A program made the translations under genes and the position numbers. A model generated the notes under the pieces. That model did not search any database. It worked only from the letters and a program-made list of their open reading frames with translations, and was not told the DNA's origin. Shown piece after piece: positions 32,593 through 43,375 of a stretch of DNA of 64,000 nt. This DNA is from Escherichia coli (lineage in GTDB: Bacteria > Pseudomonadota > Gammaproteobacteria > Enterobacterales > Enterobacteriaceae): NCBI RefSeq assembly GCF_024502345.1, contig NZ_JALDNN010000001.1. One strand, written 5' to 3'. How positions within the stretch are numbered: position 1 is the stretch's first letter; each line of letters begins with the position of its first letter.

Positions 32593-34094
32593 ATGGATAA
32601 CGTTGAACTTTCACCCGCAACACGCTGGGGGATGATTGCTACCGGATTACTTCAGGGTCTGGTTTGCTACCTGCTGATCGTCTGGCTTTCCGGAAAAAAT
32701 CACAGTTGGATTGTTTATGGCGTGCCTGCGACCGTTGCGTTTTCATCCGTTTTACTCTTCTCCGTGATCTCTTTTAAACAGAAGCGCCTTTGGGGATGGC
32801 TGGCGCTGGTGTTTATTGCCACGCTGGGGATGAGTGGCTGGTGCTTTTACTGTGGGGCGAGTTGTTTAAACTTGTTGGCATCACGTTTTTCAAAACGCTC
32901 TTTTTTGCAACCGACTGGTTTATTTATCTCACGTTAGGTCTGGTTACCGCGCTGGCGGTGATCCTCGCGCGAACACAGTCACGTTTAATCGACTCTATTC
33001 AAAAGTTGTTCACGTTAATCGCCACGGGGTTGCTGCCGTTAGTCTCATTGCTAACCCTGATGTTTATCATCACCCTGCCGTTTACGGGCCTGAGCGCGAT
33101 TTCTCGCCACATCTCCGCCGCCGGGTTGCTGTTGACGCTGGCCTTTTTGCAATTGATCTTAATGGCTATTGTCCGCGATCCGCAAAAAGCGTCTCTTCCC
33201 TGGACGGGGCCGTTGCGTTGCCTGATTAAAACCGCTTTGCTGGTTGCTCCGCTGTATGTGTTCGTCGCCGCCTGGGCGTTATGGCTGCGGGTCGCTCAGT
33301 ACGGCTGGACTGTCGACCGCTTGCAGGGCGCGCTGGCGGTGCTGGTGTTACTGGTGTGGTCGCTGGGGTATTTTGTCAGCATTGTCTGGCGTAAAGGGCA
33401 AAATCCCCTTGTTCTTCAAGGCAAAGTGAACCTTGCGGTTTCGGTATTGGTGTTGGTGATACTGGTGCTTCTTAATTCGCCGGTGCTGGACAGTATGCGC
33501 ATTAGCGTGAACAGTCATATGGCGCGTTATCAGAGCGGTAAAAACACGCCAGACCAGGTAACTATCTACATGCTCGAACACAGCGGTCGCTATGGACGTG
33601 CGGCGCTTGAGTCGCTGAAAAGCGATGCCGAGTTTATGAAAGACCCGAAACGCTCGTGGGATCTGCTGATGGCGTTAGATGGGGAGCAAAGTCTTCAGAA
33701 GGTGGTGTCGGAAAAATCATTAGCCGAAAATGTGTTAATTGCCCCTGGTTCTGGTAAACCGGATGCGACATTCTGGTCGGCCTTAATCCAGGATCGCTAT
33801 AACGTGATGACCTGTATTGAAAAAGACGCCTGCGTACTGGTCGAGCAAGATCTGAATAGTGATGGCAGGGCAGAGCGGATCCTCTTTGCCTTTGATGATG
33901 AAAGATACATTGTCTATGGCTTTGATCCTGACAAGAAAGAATGGCAAGAGCTTACGATGAGTTTACTTCCGCGTGATATAACGAAAGAAAAATTACTCAC
34001 AGCTGCGAAGGATGGAAAACTGGGAACGAAGCCTAAAGCGTGGCGCGATCTTGTAGTGGATGGTGAAAGGCTGGGTGTGAATCTGAATGAGTGA
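32593..34094 (+). CDS. yhgE: YhgE-like polytopic inner-membrane protein; reading frame appears interrupted near 32780-32940
   Basis: two overlapping ORFs in different frames (32593-32937 and 32790-34094), both membrane-protein-like; a single uninterrupted frame is not present in this sequence. Confidence 0.55.
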
Positions 34095-34156
34095 CAAAGC
34101 GCATCAGGTGTATTAGTCGTAAAATCCGGCAGAGCCCTCTCTGCCGGACATACTCA

Positions 34157-35041
34157 TTAATGAACTTGCGGATCTGCCGGAGACGCGTTGTTGCGGATTT
34201 CAGCAATATCCATCGCATTGAACAGATAGTGGTTACCGCAGTAATCACAATGCATGTCAATTTCGCCATCTTCCGCCAGGATGCTATCGACTTCTTCATC
34301 AGGCAGCGTTTTCAGCGCATCGGCGCAACGTTCACGCGAGCAGGTGCATTTGAACTCCACATCCTGCGGATCGTAAACCGTCACCTCTTCTTCGTGATAC
34401 AAACGCCACAACACTTCGTTTGCCGGTAAGGTCAGCAGTTCTTCGGTTTTGATGGTTTCGGTTAGCGTCGCCAGGTGGTCGAAGTCGTCCTGCTGGGCAT
34501 TTTGCGCAGGCATTACCTGCAACAACATACCGCCCGCAGCCGGTTTGCCGTCTACGTCGCCGGTGCGAATAAACAGGCGCGTCGGCAGCTGTTCAGAACG
34601 CATAAAGTAATCTTCCAGGCAGGCCGCCAGGGTATCTCCTTCCAGACCCACCACGCCCTGATAGCGCTCACCTTCGCTCGGGGTAATGGTGATCACCACG
34701 TAACCATTGCCGACCAGCGTTTTCAGGTCGGCATTTTCTGGAATTTCGCCCTGCACGCGCGCCACACCGCGCATCTGCTGGTTGTTGTTACCGTTAATAA
34801 CCGCCAGATTCATCGGACCGTCGCCCTGCAGCTGTACGGTGATATCACCATCAAACTTCAGCGTAGCGGTTAACAGGCTGGTCGCAACCAGCAGTTCTGC
34901 CAGCACGTTTTTAACGGGCTGCGGATAATCGTGGTTCTCAAGGATCTGTTGCAGGGTTTCCGAAACGGTTACCAGTTCGCCGCGCACGGCAAAGTTTTCA
35001 AACAGATAGCGATGTAATTGGTCATGTTGCGGCATAATCAT
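34157..35041 (-). CDS. hslO: redox-regulated chaperone Hsp33
   Basis: C-terminal zinc centre CTCSRERC ... HCDYCGNHY. Confidence 0.94.
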   Translation of the reverse strand: MIMPQHDQLHRYLFENFAVRGELVTVSETLQQILENHDYPQPVKNVLAELLVATSLLTATLKFDGDITVQLQGDGPMNLAVINGNNNQQMRGVARVQGEIPENADLKTLVGNGYVVITITPSEGERYQGVVGLEGDTLAACLEDYFMRSEQLPTRLFIRTGDVDGKPAAGGMLLQVMPAQNAQQDDFDHLATLTETIKTEELLTLPANEVLWRLYHEEEVTVYDPQDVEFKCTCSRERCADALKTLPDEEVDSILAEDGEIDMHCDYCGNHYLFNAMDIAEIRNNASPADPQVH

Positions 35042-35059
35042 CTCTCTTGCAGGTGACAG

Positions 35060-35461
35060 TTATTCACTGTCGCCGTGTTTAAATCGTAACAGGTCGCGGC
35101 GCTCTTTTTTGTCCGGGCGTCGGTCCGGGTGCGGCATGGTTAAGGCATTAAGTTTACGTGCCAGCGCCATTTTTTCGCGTTTCTCTACACTTTCCGCAGT
35201 CTCTTCATACAGCAAGGCAGCCTCGCTGGCGGGGCGACGCTGTTCAGTAATCGCCTTTACAATCACCGTGCGTTCGTCATTTCCCTGGCGCAGAGTGAGC
35301 GTGGCATTCAGCTCGACGATTTTGCTCGGCTTGCTGCGCTGCCCGTTGTAATGCACCTTACCGCCTTCAATCATTTCACGGGCCAGCGCGCGGGTTTTAT
35401 AAAAACGGGCAGCCCATAGCCATTTATCCAGTCGAACCTCAACAGCAGGTTTTTCTTTCAT
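35060..35461 (-). CDS. hslR: heat shock protein Hsp15 (S4-like RNA-binding, ribosome-associated)
   Basis: 133 aa; basic S4-type protein adjacent to hslO. Confidence 0.92.
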   Translation of the reverse strand: MKEKPAVEVRLDKWLWAARFYKTRALAREMIEGGKVHYNGQRSKPSKIVELNATLTLRQGNDERTVIVKAITEQRRPASEAALLYEETAESVEKREKMALARKLNALTMPHPDRRPDKKERRDLLRFKHGDSE

Positions 35462-35471
35462 GGCGTCTCCT

Positions 35472-36140
35472 TCACATTAGCGAGGGGATCAGGCGGCGGT
35501 AGTCATTCAGTGACGGATGGCGTTGATACTGTTTCTCGGCAATCCCTGAGTCAGGATTAGTCACGCCGAGGCAGTAACGAATACCAAATTGCGCGGCAGC
35601 ATCGAGAATCGCTTCGCTGTCATCAATAAACAGCGTTCTTTCAGCTTTCAGACCCGTAGCTTCGGCCACCGCATGCCATAACCGCTGATCCTCTTTCGGA
35701 TAACCAAATGTGTGGGTGGAAAGTAATAAATCAAGGTGTGCGTCCAGACCGGTATGCTCAAGTTTTACCGCCAGGTTGTGCGGATGCGCATTGGTGAGCA
35801 AAATTCGCTGCTTACCGCTGGCTTTCAGTGCCTCAAGAAACGGAATGGTATCTTCACGCAGTACGGCACGCGGTCCCATCTCGGTGGTCATCGCACAGAT
35901 ATCCAGACCCAGTTGCTCACTCCAGTAATCAAGACAGTACCAGTTTAGCGTATGCTGTACGTCGTGATATTGCTGGCGCATATATTCCATCGCTTCCTGT
36001 GGCGTAACCCCGTTTTTCGCGCCCCATGTTTCAGGCACCAGCTTTTGCCAGAAATAGTTATCGAAGGCGAGGTCGAGCAACGTGCCGTCCATATCCAGCA
36101 GAACGGTATCTACGTCCTGCCAGGCAATGTTGATATGCAT
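35472..36140 (-). CDS. yrfG: HAD-family nucleotidase/phosphatase YrfG
   Basis: 222 aa from MHINIAWQDVDTVLLDMDGTLLD (HAD motif I). Confidence 0.88.
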   Translation of the reverse strand: MHINIAWQDVDTVLLDMDGTLLDLAFDNYFWQKLVPETWGAKNGVTPQEAMEYMRQQYHDVQHTLNWYCLDYWSEQLGLDICAMTTEMGPRAVLREDTIPFLEALKASGKQRILLTNAHPHNLAVKLEHTGLDAHLDLLLSTHTFGYPKEDQRLWHAVAEATGLKAERTLFIDDSEAILDAAAQFGIRYCLGVTNPDSGIAEKQYQRHPSLNDYRRLIPSLM

Positions 36141-36204
36141 GAGGGAAATCTCCAGAGTGAAGCAATTTGCGCGACAGGGTAGCATAACCTGCCGCGCAAA
36201 CGTG

Positions 36205-38340
36205 TTATTCGATAAGGCTTTCTGAAGGGGTGATCAGTTGCGGGTTCAGGCAGCTTTCATAATAGGCCTGAATCTTCATCATGCGAGTGCGATGACGCTG
36301 GTAACGCCGCCAGGCCTGTACGCCATTGTAAATGGCGCTACCCAGCATCGTCAGTAGCAGCAGCGTGGTGCTGAGATAGCGCCACAGGCCGGAACGATCC
36401 GGGATCGGATGAAGGCCTATATGCTGCGTACCATTGGCGTTAGTGAAGATTTTTGTGACGATACCCTCGGCGTTAAACGGCGTATGCATCAGCATTTGTG
36501 CCAGTTTCTGGAAAGCGTTCCACTGTTCTTGCGGCGGGTAGTCGTAAAGTGATGCCGAAGGCCAGGGCTGATCAACAAAATCGCTGCCTTCGTCGCTGAC
36601 AATCAGGAATCCGCCGGGGGCCGGACTGTTTAGTGATTGTGCTGCTCGCGCCGTTTCATGCGTGATAAACGGCGCGGTGGAGGTTGCCACCAGGTTATCC
36701 AGCGATTCCGCACTCACCGGGCGTAATAACACATTCACGCCATCGAGCTTCCCGGCGTTGGCGCGTTTTACCAGCGCGTCCCAGTCTTTACTGTTGCCGA
36801 GATTGACCAGCGCATTTTTCAGTCGCACACAGTCATCTTTGGCAGAACACAGATCCGCTGTCTTCAGTACAATGTCGCCAAAATCATCAAGCAATACCAT
36901 GCCGGATTTTTGAATCGCTGAACGTAATGAGGCACTGACGCGAGATTCATCTTCCGGTTTAGGGTGCAGCTGGCGATTAACTGCTTCAGTCAATGCCGTC
37001 GCTTTGTTGACCAGCTCAGATTCTGGTAATGGTAATGAGCGGGCGTCATTCCAGATGATCTGCGAGCAGTCAAACGGTAAAAAAGGTGAATTGGTTTTCG
37101 CGCTCCAGGTTCCGGAAGTGCGAATATTACACATTCCCGTACCGCTAATACGCAATGTATCGCCTACCCGCACGCCAGCGTCAGCCAGTTGTTTTACGCT
37201 GGTGGCTTCAATGGTCTGCGCGCCTTTCATCCATGAGAGAGTGAATTTCAGCGGCATATCCAGCGGGATCCAGAATAACAGCATAAACAGCACCAGCAGC
37301 GAGCCCGCAGCGATAATCGTACTGCGCAGCCAGTGCTGTAACGGAAAGTTTTTTACTTCATCATGCAGCGAAAGATATCGTCCCTGACGCACTACATGGC
37401 GGTCGAGATAGATATCGATATCGGTTTGTTGACCGAGATCCTGAGCAATGTATGGCTGCCAGTGTGCGGGATAGACCAGGTCGATAATACCGAGTGAAAT
37501 ATTGTTGATCTGTTCCTGATCGTTTTCGCCAAACAATCCCCAACGACGGGGTGTACCGCGCAGACAATGAATTTCCCGCAGGGAGGATTTTGCCGGGGGG
37601 GCGAATAGCCCCCACAGACCTGCGCCCAGCAGCAGTAATGCGCCGCCTGCCAGCCACGGAACAAATACATCCGGGGTAATCAGGCAGAAAAAGAACATCA
37701 GAAAGGAGGCGACGATCAGCAACGCTTCACGCAGCCCGCGCGGACGACTCAGCGCATACTCTTCATGCGTTTCTTTGCGAATATTGAGTAGCTCGATTTG
37801 CTCACTCTCTTCCCCGCGAATCGACGCCTGCGTGGACGGAACAGGTTGCAAGGCATAGCCGCGCGTTTCCTGCATGTACTCCTGCAGCGTATGACCGTTG
37901 AGTGAAATAACCAACGGCAGCGAATCGGTATGAATCAGTTCAACGGTATTCTCATCGTTGATGTACTGTTCCCAGAAGGGGGGCAGGTGGACTTCTACCG
38001 AATCGAGGTAGTAACGCCATTTATTCGGATCGTCGGTAGAGATGCCGTAACGTGTGATAGCGTGTGTCAGCATCATGACGTTGTTGCTTTCGGCATTCAG
38101 CGCCAGAGAGATCGGTGCCGCGCTGGCTCCCGTTGGGCCAGGCACCTGTAATACCTGCGTCAGGCTCTCAAGATAATTTTCAACGGCGCTACGTTCTTCA
38201 GGTGTGAGTTTACGCGTTTGCGCATCCGCGAAGGCGTTGGTCCAGGGCAGCTGACGCCGTCTGGATCGCACTTTTATCAGCCATCCCGCAAGTAGTGAGC
38301 AGGCCAGCAAAGCAGCTAAAAAAATCACAATGGTGCTCAT
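36205..38340 (-). CDS. igaA: inner-membrane repressor of the Rcs phosphorelay IgaA (YrfF)
   Basis: 711 aa; N-terminal TM segment, large membrane protein; position next to yrfG and nudE. Confidence 0.9.
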   Translation of the reverse strand: MSTIVIFLAALLACSLLAGWLIKVRSRRRQLPWTNAFADAQTRKLTPEERSAVENYLESLTQVLQVPGPTGASAAPISLALNAESNNVMMLTHAITRYGISTDDPNKWRYYLDSVEVHLPPFWEQYINDENTVELIHTDSLPLVISLNGHTLQEYMQETRGYALQPVPSTQASIRGEESEQIELLNIRKETHEEYALSRPRGLREALLIVASFLMFFFCLITPDVFVPWLAGGALLLLGAGLWGLFAPPAKSSLREIHCLRGTPRRWGLFGENDQEQINNISLGIIDLVYPAHWQPYIAQDLGQQTDIDIYLDRHVVRQGRYLSLHDEVKNFPLQHWLRSTIIAAGSLLVLFMLLFWIPLDMPLKFTLSWMKGAQTIEATSVKQLADAGVRVGDTLRISGTGMCNIRTSGTWSAKTNSPFLPFDCSQIIWNDARSLPLPESELVNKATALTEAVNRQLHPKPEDESRVSASLRSAIQKSGMVLLDDFGDIVLKTADLCSAKDDCVRLKNALVNLGNSKDWDALVKRANAGKLDGVNVLLRPVSAESLDNLVATSTAPFITHETARAAQSLNSPAPGGFLIVSDEGSDFVDQPWPSASLYDYPPQEQWNAFQKLAQMLMHTPFNAEGIVTKIFTNANGTQHIGLHPIPDRSGLWRYLSTTLLLLTMLGSAIYNGVQAWRRYQRHRTRMMKIQAYYESCLNPQLITPSESLIE

Positions 38341-38659
38341 GCTTTCCCCATCTTACTTAGTCTGTCAGGCGTGGTCAGTCGCACCGGACACAATACATGA
38401 TTCTGCGGTTGGCTATCGGCAAGCGTGGAGTTTAACTTGAGCATCATTAAGCACATCACAGTAACCGCTGATCATAGCAAACCCTCTGAAGGCGGAATAT
38501 CAGCAAATTCCTGGAGTTATTTCAACCTATTGACTTTTAATTTGATTTGAGGACGATTATTTATTAAGTTACATAAATGTAAATAACATGCAATTCACAT
38601 TGCCGAAAGCGTGTCCGATATCGCACAATAACCGCTGATTTCACAGCATAGATCCCACG

Positions 38660-39220
38660 ATGAGCAAATCATTACAAAAACCCACCATTCTGAATGTTGA
38701 AACTGTAGCCCGTTCCCGACTGTTTACCGTCGAGAGCGTGGGTCTGGAGTTCAGCAATGGCGTGCGGCGTGTTTATGAACGAATGCGTCCAACCAACCGG
38801 GAAGCAGTGATGATTGTGCCGATTGTGGACGATCACCTGATCCTGATCCGCGAATACGCAGTGGGAACTGAATCCTACGAATTAGGTTTTTCGAAAGGAT
38901 TAATTGATCCGGGTGAAAGCGTCTACGAAGCCGCTAACCGCGAGCTAAAAGAAGAGGTTGGATTTGGTGCGAACGATCTGACTTTTTTGAAGAAGCTCAG
39001 CATGGCACCGTCTTACTTTTCCAGCAAAATGAATATCGTGGTAGCGCAAGATCTCTACCCGGAATCGCTGGAAGGCGATGAGCCAGAGCCGCTACCACAG
39101 GTGCGCTGGCCGCTGGCGCATATGATGGATTTGCTGGAAGACCCTGACTTCAACGAAGCGCGTAATGTCAGCGCGCTGTTCCTCGTGCGCGAATGGTTGA
39201 AAGGGCAGGGGCGAGTGTAA
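38660..39220 (+). CDS. nudE: ADP-sugar / adenosine nucleotide hydrolase, Nudix family
   Basis: 186 aa; Nudix box GLIDPGESVYEAANRELKEEVGF. Confidence 0.93.
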   Translation: MSKSLQKPTILNVETVARSRLFTVESVGLEFSNGVRRVYERMRPTNREAVMIVPIVDDHLILIREYAVGTESYELGFSKGLIDPGESVYEAANRELKEEVGFGANDLTFLKKLSMAPSYFSSKMNIVVAQDLYPESLEGDEPEPLPQVRWPLAHMMDLLEDPDFNEARNVSALFLVREWLKGQGRV

Positions 39221-39233
39221 ATGCGTGAAGTTT

Positions 39234-39330
39234 GCCTGATGCACAACGCTTATCAGGCTTATGGGATTCCTGCAATATATTGAGTTTTCACGATTTTGTT
39301 AGCCGGATAACGCGTTCACCCGTATCCGGC
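39234..39330. repeat. two REP-like palindromic units (39234-39258 and 39302-39330) between nudE and mrcA
   Basis: GCCTGATGC...TTATCAGGC and GCCGGATAACGCG...CCGGC read directly. Confidence 0.55.
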
Positions 39331-39361
39331 ATAAACAAGTGCACTTTGTCAGCAAACTGAA

Positions 39362-39379
39362 AAGGCGCCGAAGCGCCTT
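39362..39379. terminator. bidirectional terminator hairpin (AGGCGCC-GAA-GCGCCT with flanking T/A runs) at the 3' end of mrcA
   Basis: stem-loop with T-runs on both strands. Confidence 0.55.
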
Positions 39380-39384
39380 TTTAA

Positions 39385-41961
39385 TCAGAACAATTCCTGT
39401 GCCTCGCCATTATCGATAATGGTCGTTCCCACCTCGTGCACCGCCTGTTGTGTCGGCTGCGTACCTTCGATGAAATACTCTTCGCGGCTGTTGCCACCAT
39501 TAGCTAACTGCCCGGTGCTGCGATCGATTTTCACCGTCACAATACCTGGCGGCGGCGTCAGCGGCTGCTCCGGCACACCTTCAAGAACGGCTTTCATATA
39601 AGCGTCCCATGCAGGCTGGGCGCTCTTGGCACCGCCTTCGTAACCTGATATCTGATCTTTAATCGCTCCGGAAGCCGTTGTATGACCGAGATTACGACGG
39701 TGATCATCAAAGCCAATCCAGACCGAGGTCACAACGCCCGGACCGTAACCCGAGAACCACGCATCTTTCGAACTGTTAGTGGTACCGGTTTTCCCGCCGA
39801 TATCGCGACGCTGCAAATCACGACCTGCACGCCAGCCGGTACCCTGCCAGCCTGGCTCACCAAAGATATTGGTGTTCAAAGCACTCTTAATCAGGAATGC
39901 CAGCGGAGTGTTGATGACGTGCGGTGCGTACTCCTGCGCGCCAGTCTTCGCCACTAACGCCTGATTTGCCTGCTCCAGCTGCGGCATTGGTACAGAAACA
40001 TTCTGCTGCTCGCGGGAGATAGCGACATCTTCAACATCGTTATTTTCCAGCACGTTCGATTTCTGCGTATCACCGTAAATCACTGGAATATCGCATTCCG
40101 GGCAGGCTACTTTCGGTTTCGCTTCGAAAATCACGCCGCCCTGATCGTTTTCAATTTTGCTGATAAACCACGGGTCCACCAGGAAGCCGCCGTTCGCCAT
40201 GACCGCGTAGCCGCGCGCCACCTGCATTGGGGTGAAGGACGCTGAACCCAGCGCCAGCGATTCGGTGTGGACAATGTTTTGCGCCGGGAAGCCGAAGCGT
40301 TGCAGATATTCTGCAGCGTAGTCGACGCCCATCGCTCGCATTGCGCGTACCATCACCACGTTTTTCGACTGACCCAGCCCCTGACGTAAGCGAATTGGAC
40401 CGGCATACTGCGGTGGTGAGTTTTTCGGCTGCCAGTCAGAACCGGCACCTGCGTCCCAGCGAGAAATTGGCACATCGTTCAACATACTTGCCAGCGTCAG
40501 ACCTTTATCCATCGCCGCGGTGTAGAGGAACGGTTTGATGTTGGAACCCACCTGACGCAGTGCCTGGGTGGCGCGGTTAAACTTGCTCTGATTGAAATCA
40601 AAGCCACCGACCAGCGCCATAACGGCACCATTTTGCGGATTGATCGACACCAGTGCCGAGTTCACTTCCGGCACTTGTGCCAGCCACCATGCATCGCCAA
40701 CCTGACGAACCCAGATTTGCTGGCCCGTTTGCAGAACATCGGTCACTTTACGCGGCGTCGGTCCCTGCTGAGTATCCGAACGGTAAGGACGCGCCCAGCG
40801 AACGCCTTCCATACTCAATGCGACGGTCGACCCGTCCGCCAGCATTGCCGTCGCTTCCTGAGGATTGGCGCTGGTGACTGCGGCAGGCAGCAGCGGACCA
40901 TAGGTCGGCAGCGCCTTCAGCGTATCGGTAATCTTGTTGTTATCCCACGCCGACTCGCCCACTTTCCACAGCACATTTGCCGGGCCGCGATAGCCGTGGC
41001 GCATGTCGTAGTCCAGCACGTTATTACGTACCGCCTGCTGTGCGGCCTGCTGCACTTTGCGGGTGATGGTGGTGTAAATGCGATAACCGTCTTCATAGGC
41101 ACTTTCGCCATAACGGTTATACATCTCCTGGCGCACCATTTCGCTCAGGTACGGCGCAGAAAAAGCAATCTCCGGCGCGTGATAGTTAGCGTTAATCGCC
41201 TCAGTGCGTGTCTGATCGAACTGTTGTTGGGTGATATACCCTTCATCCAGCATCCGCGACAGTACGACGTTACGCCGCGCGACGGCACGATCCATTGAGT
41301 AGAGCGGATTAAAGGTGGAAGGCGCTTTCGGCAGCCCGGCGATCACAGCCATTTCGTTCAGCGTCAGTTGGTCGACCGTTTTACCGAAATAGACTTGTGC
41401 CGCAGCACCGACACCATAGGCGCGGTAACCAAGGTAAATCTTGTTCAGATAAAGCTCGAGGATCTCGTCTTTCGTCAGCAACTGTTCAATGCGAATCGCG
41501 AGGAAGACTTCCTTAATCTTACGCATCAGCGTGCGTTCTGGACTGAGGAAGAAATTTCTCGCCAGCTGCTGGGTAATGGTACTCGCCCCTTGTGACGCGT
41601 GGCCGGAGAACAGCGCCACACTTGCCGCACGGAAGATCCCCACCGGGTCAACGCCGTGATGCTCGTAGAAGCGGCTGTCTTCCGTCGCGATAAAGGCTTT
41701 CACCATCTCTGGCGGGATTTGATCCAGCGTAACCGGAATACGACGTTTCTCACCGTATTGAGCAATCAGCTCGCCATCGGCGCTGTAAATCTGCATCGGA
41801 ATTTGCAGGCGAACATCTTTTAATGTCGCCACATCCGGCAGTTGTGGCTCGATGTAGCGGTATAGGCCATAAATCGAGCCTGCTCCCAGCAGAATGCAAC
41901 AGACTGCAAGGATCAAAAAATACTTTACGAACTTCACTGGAAATTTCCCATTTAGTTTCAT
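39385..41961 (-). CDS. mrcA: penicillin-binding protein 1A (bifunctional glycosyltransferase/transpeptidase)
   Basis: transglycosylase motif EDSRFYEHHG, transpeptidase SxxK region; annotated K-12 start probably 8 codons downstream (GTG at 41937, 850 aa). Confidence 0.94.
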   Translation of the reverse strand: MKLNGKFPVKFVKYFLILAVCCILLGAGSIYGLYRYIEPQLPDVATLKDVRLQIPMQIYSADGELIAQYGEKRRIPVTLDQIPPEMVKAFIATEDSRFYEHHGVDPVGIFRAASVALFSGHASQGASTITQQLARNFFLSPERTLMRKIKEVFLAIRIEQLLTKDEILELYLNKIYLGYRAYGVGAAAQVYFGKTVDQLTLNEMAVIAGLPKAPSTFNPLYSMDRAVARRNVVLSRMLDEGYITQQQFDQTRTEAINANYHAPEIAFSAPYLSEMVRQEMYNRYGESAYEDGYRIYTTITRKVQQAAQQAVRNNVLDYDMRHGYRGPANVLWKVGESAWDNNKITDTLKALPTYGPLLPAAVTSANPQEATAMLADGSTVALSMEGVRWARPYRSDTQQGPTPRKVTDVLQTGQQIWVRQVGDAWWLAQVPEVNSALVSINPQNGAVMALVGGFDFNQSKFNRATQALRQVGSNIKPFLYTAAMDKGLTLASMLNDVPISRWDAGAGSDWQPKNSPPQYAGPIRLRQGLGQSKNVVMVRAMRAMGVDYAAEYLQRFGFPAQNIVHTESLALGSASFTPMQVARGYAVMANGGFLVDPWFISKIENDQGGVIFEAKPKVACPECDIPVIYGDTQKSNVLENNDVEDVAISREQQNVSVPMPQLEQANQALVAKTGAQEYAPHVINTPLAFLIKSALNTNIFGEPGWQGTGWRAGRDLQRRDIGGKTGTTNSSKDAWFSGYGPGVVTSVWIGFDDHRRNLGHTTASGAIKDQISGYEGGAKSAQPAWDAYMKAVLEGVPEQPLTPPPGIVTVKIDRSTGQLANGGNSREEYFIEGTQPTQQAVHEVGTTIIDNGEAQELF

Positions 41962-42056
41962 TTGGGCAGTTTATAAACAAACGCGCGGTAGTATAAAGGC
42001 AAGCCAGACGCATTGATATACCCGTCAGAGTGACGGGTGATAAGGAGATCATCACA

Positions 42057-42836
42057 ATGGCATTTAAGATCTGGCAAATTGGTTTGCATTTACAACAGCA
42101 AGAAGCGGTAGCGGTTGCTATCGTGCGGGGCGCAAAAGAATGCTTTTTGCAACGCTGGTGGCGGTTGCCGCTGGCGCACGACATTATCAAAGATGGGCGG
42201 ATTGTTGATGCGCAGCGGCTGGCTAAAACGTTGTTACCGTGGAGTCGCGAACTGCCGCAGCGCCATCACATCATGTTGGCATTTCCCGCCAGTCGCACAT
42301 TACAGCGGTCATTTCCGCGCCCGTCGATGTCCCTCGGTGAGCGGGAGCAAACGGCCTGGCTGTCCGGGACGATGGCTCGCGAGCTGGATATGGATCCGGA
42401 CTCCCTGCGCTTCGATTACAGCGAAGACTCACTCAGTCCCGCCTATAACGTGACTGCCGCGCAAAGCAAAGAGCTGGCAACGCTGCTTACTCTGGCAGAA
42501 AGGTTGCGTGTTCATGTTAGTGCGATCACCCCGGATGCCAGTGCATTACAGCGATTCCTGCCTTTTTTACCTTCTCATCAGCAATGTCTGGCCTGGCGTG
42601 ATAACGAACAGTGGCTGTGGGCGACACGCTATCGCTGGGGGCGCAAACTGGCGGTGGGGATGACTAGCGCGAAGGAGCTGGCGGCAGCGTTATCCGTTGA
42701 TCCCGAAAGCGTCGCGATATGTGGCGAAGGCGGATTTGATCCCTGGGAGGCCGTTTCTGTTCGTCAGCCGCCGCTACCGCCGCCTGGTGGAGACTTTGCC
42801 ATCGCGCTGGGGCTGGCGCTTGGGAAGGCGTACTGA
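42057..42836 (+). CDS. hofM: type IV pilus / DNA-uptake assembly protein HofM (PilM-like)
   Basis: 259 aa from MAFKIWQIG; first gene of hofMNOPQ. Confidence 0.85.
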   Translation: MAFKIWQIGLHLQQQEAVAVAIVRGAKECFLQRWWRLPLAHDIIKDGRIVDAQRLAKTLLPWSRELPQRHHIMLAFPASRTLQRSFPRPSMSLGEREQTAWLSGTMARELDMDPDSLRFDYSEDSLSPAYNVTAAQSKELATLLTLAERLRVHVSAITPDASALQRFLPFLPSHQQCLAWRDNEQWLWATRYRWGRKLAVGMTSAKELAAALSVDPESVAICGEGGFDPWEAVSVRQPPLPPPGGDFAIALGLALGKAY

Positions 42837-43375
42837 TGAACCCGCCAATTAATTTTTTGCCCTGGCGACAGCAACGCCGGACCGCTTTTCTTCGTTTCTG
42901 GTTGCTGATGTTCGTTGCGCCTCTGCTGCTGGCCGTCGGGATAACGCTAATACTGCGTCTGACAAGCAGCGCCGAAGCGCGCATAGACGCCGTTTTGCTT
43001 CAGGCGGAACAACAACTCGCCCGCAGCTTACAGATAACGAAACCACGTTTGCTGGAGCGCCAACAAATTCGTGAGCAGCGTTTGCAAAGGCAGCGCCAGC
43101 GACAATTTACCCGCGACTGGCAATCTGCGCTGGAAGCACTGGCGGCGCTTTTACCCGAGCACGCCTGGCTGACAACGATAAGCTGGCAGCAGGGAACGCT
43201 GGAGATCAAGGGGCTGACAACAAGCATTACCGCGTTAAACGCACTAGAAATGTCACTCCGCCAGGATGCGTCTTTTCATCTCAATCAGCGGGGAGCCACG
43301 CAGCAGGATGCGCAGGGACGCTGGCAATTTGAGTATCAGTTAACAAGGAAGGTTAGCGATGAACATGTTCTTTGA
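42836..43375 (+). CDS. hofN: HofN (PilN-like)
   Basis: 179 aa; single N-terminal TM; start overlaps the hofM stop. Confidence 0.85.
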   Translation: MNPPINFLPWRQQRRTAFLRFWLLMFVAPLLLAVGITLILRLTSSAEARIDAVLLQAEQQLARSLQITKPRLLERQQIREQRLQRQRQRQFTRDWQSALEALAALLPEHAWLTTISWQQGTLEIKGLTTSITALNALEMSLRQDASFHLNQRGATQQDAQGRWQFEYQLTRKVSDEHVL

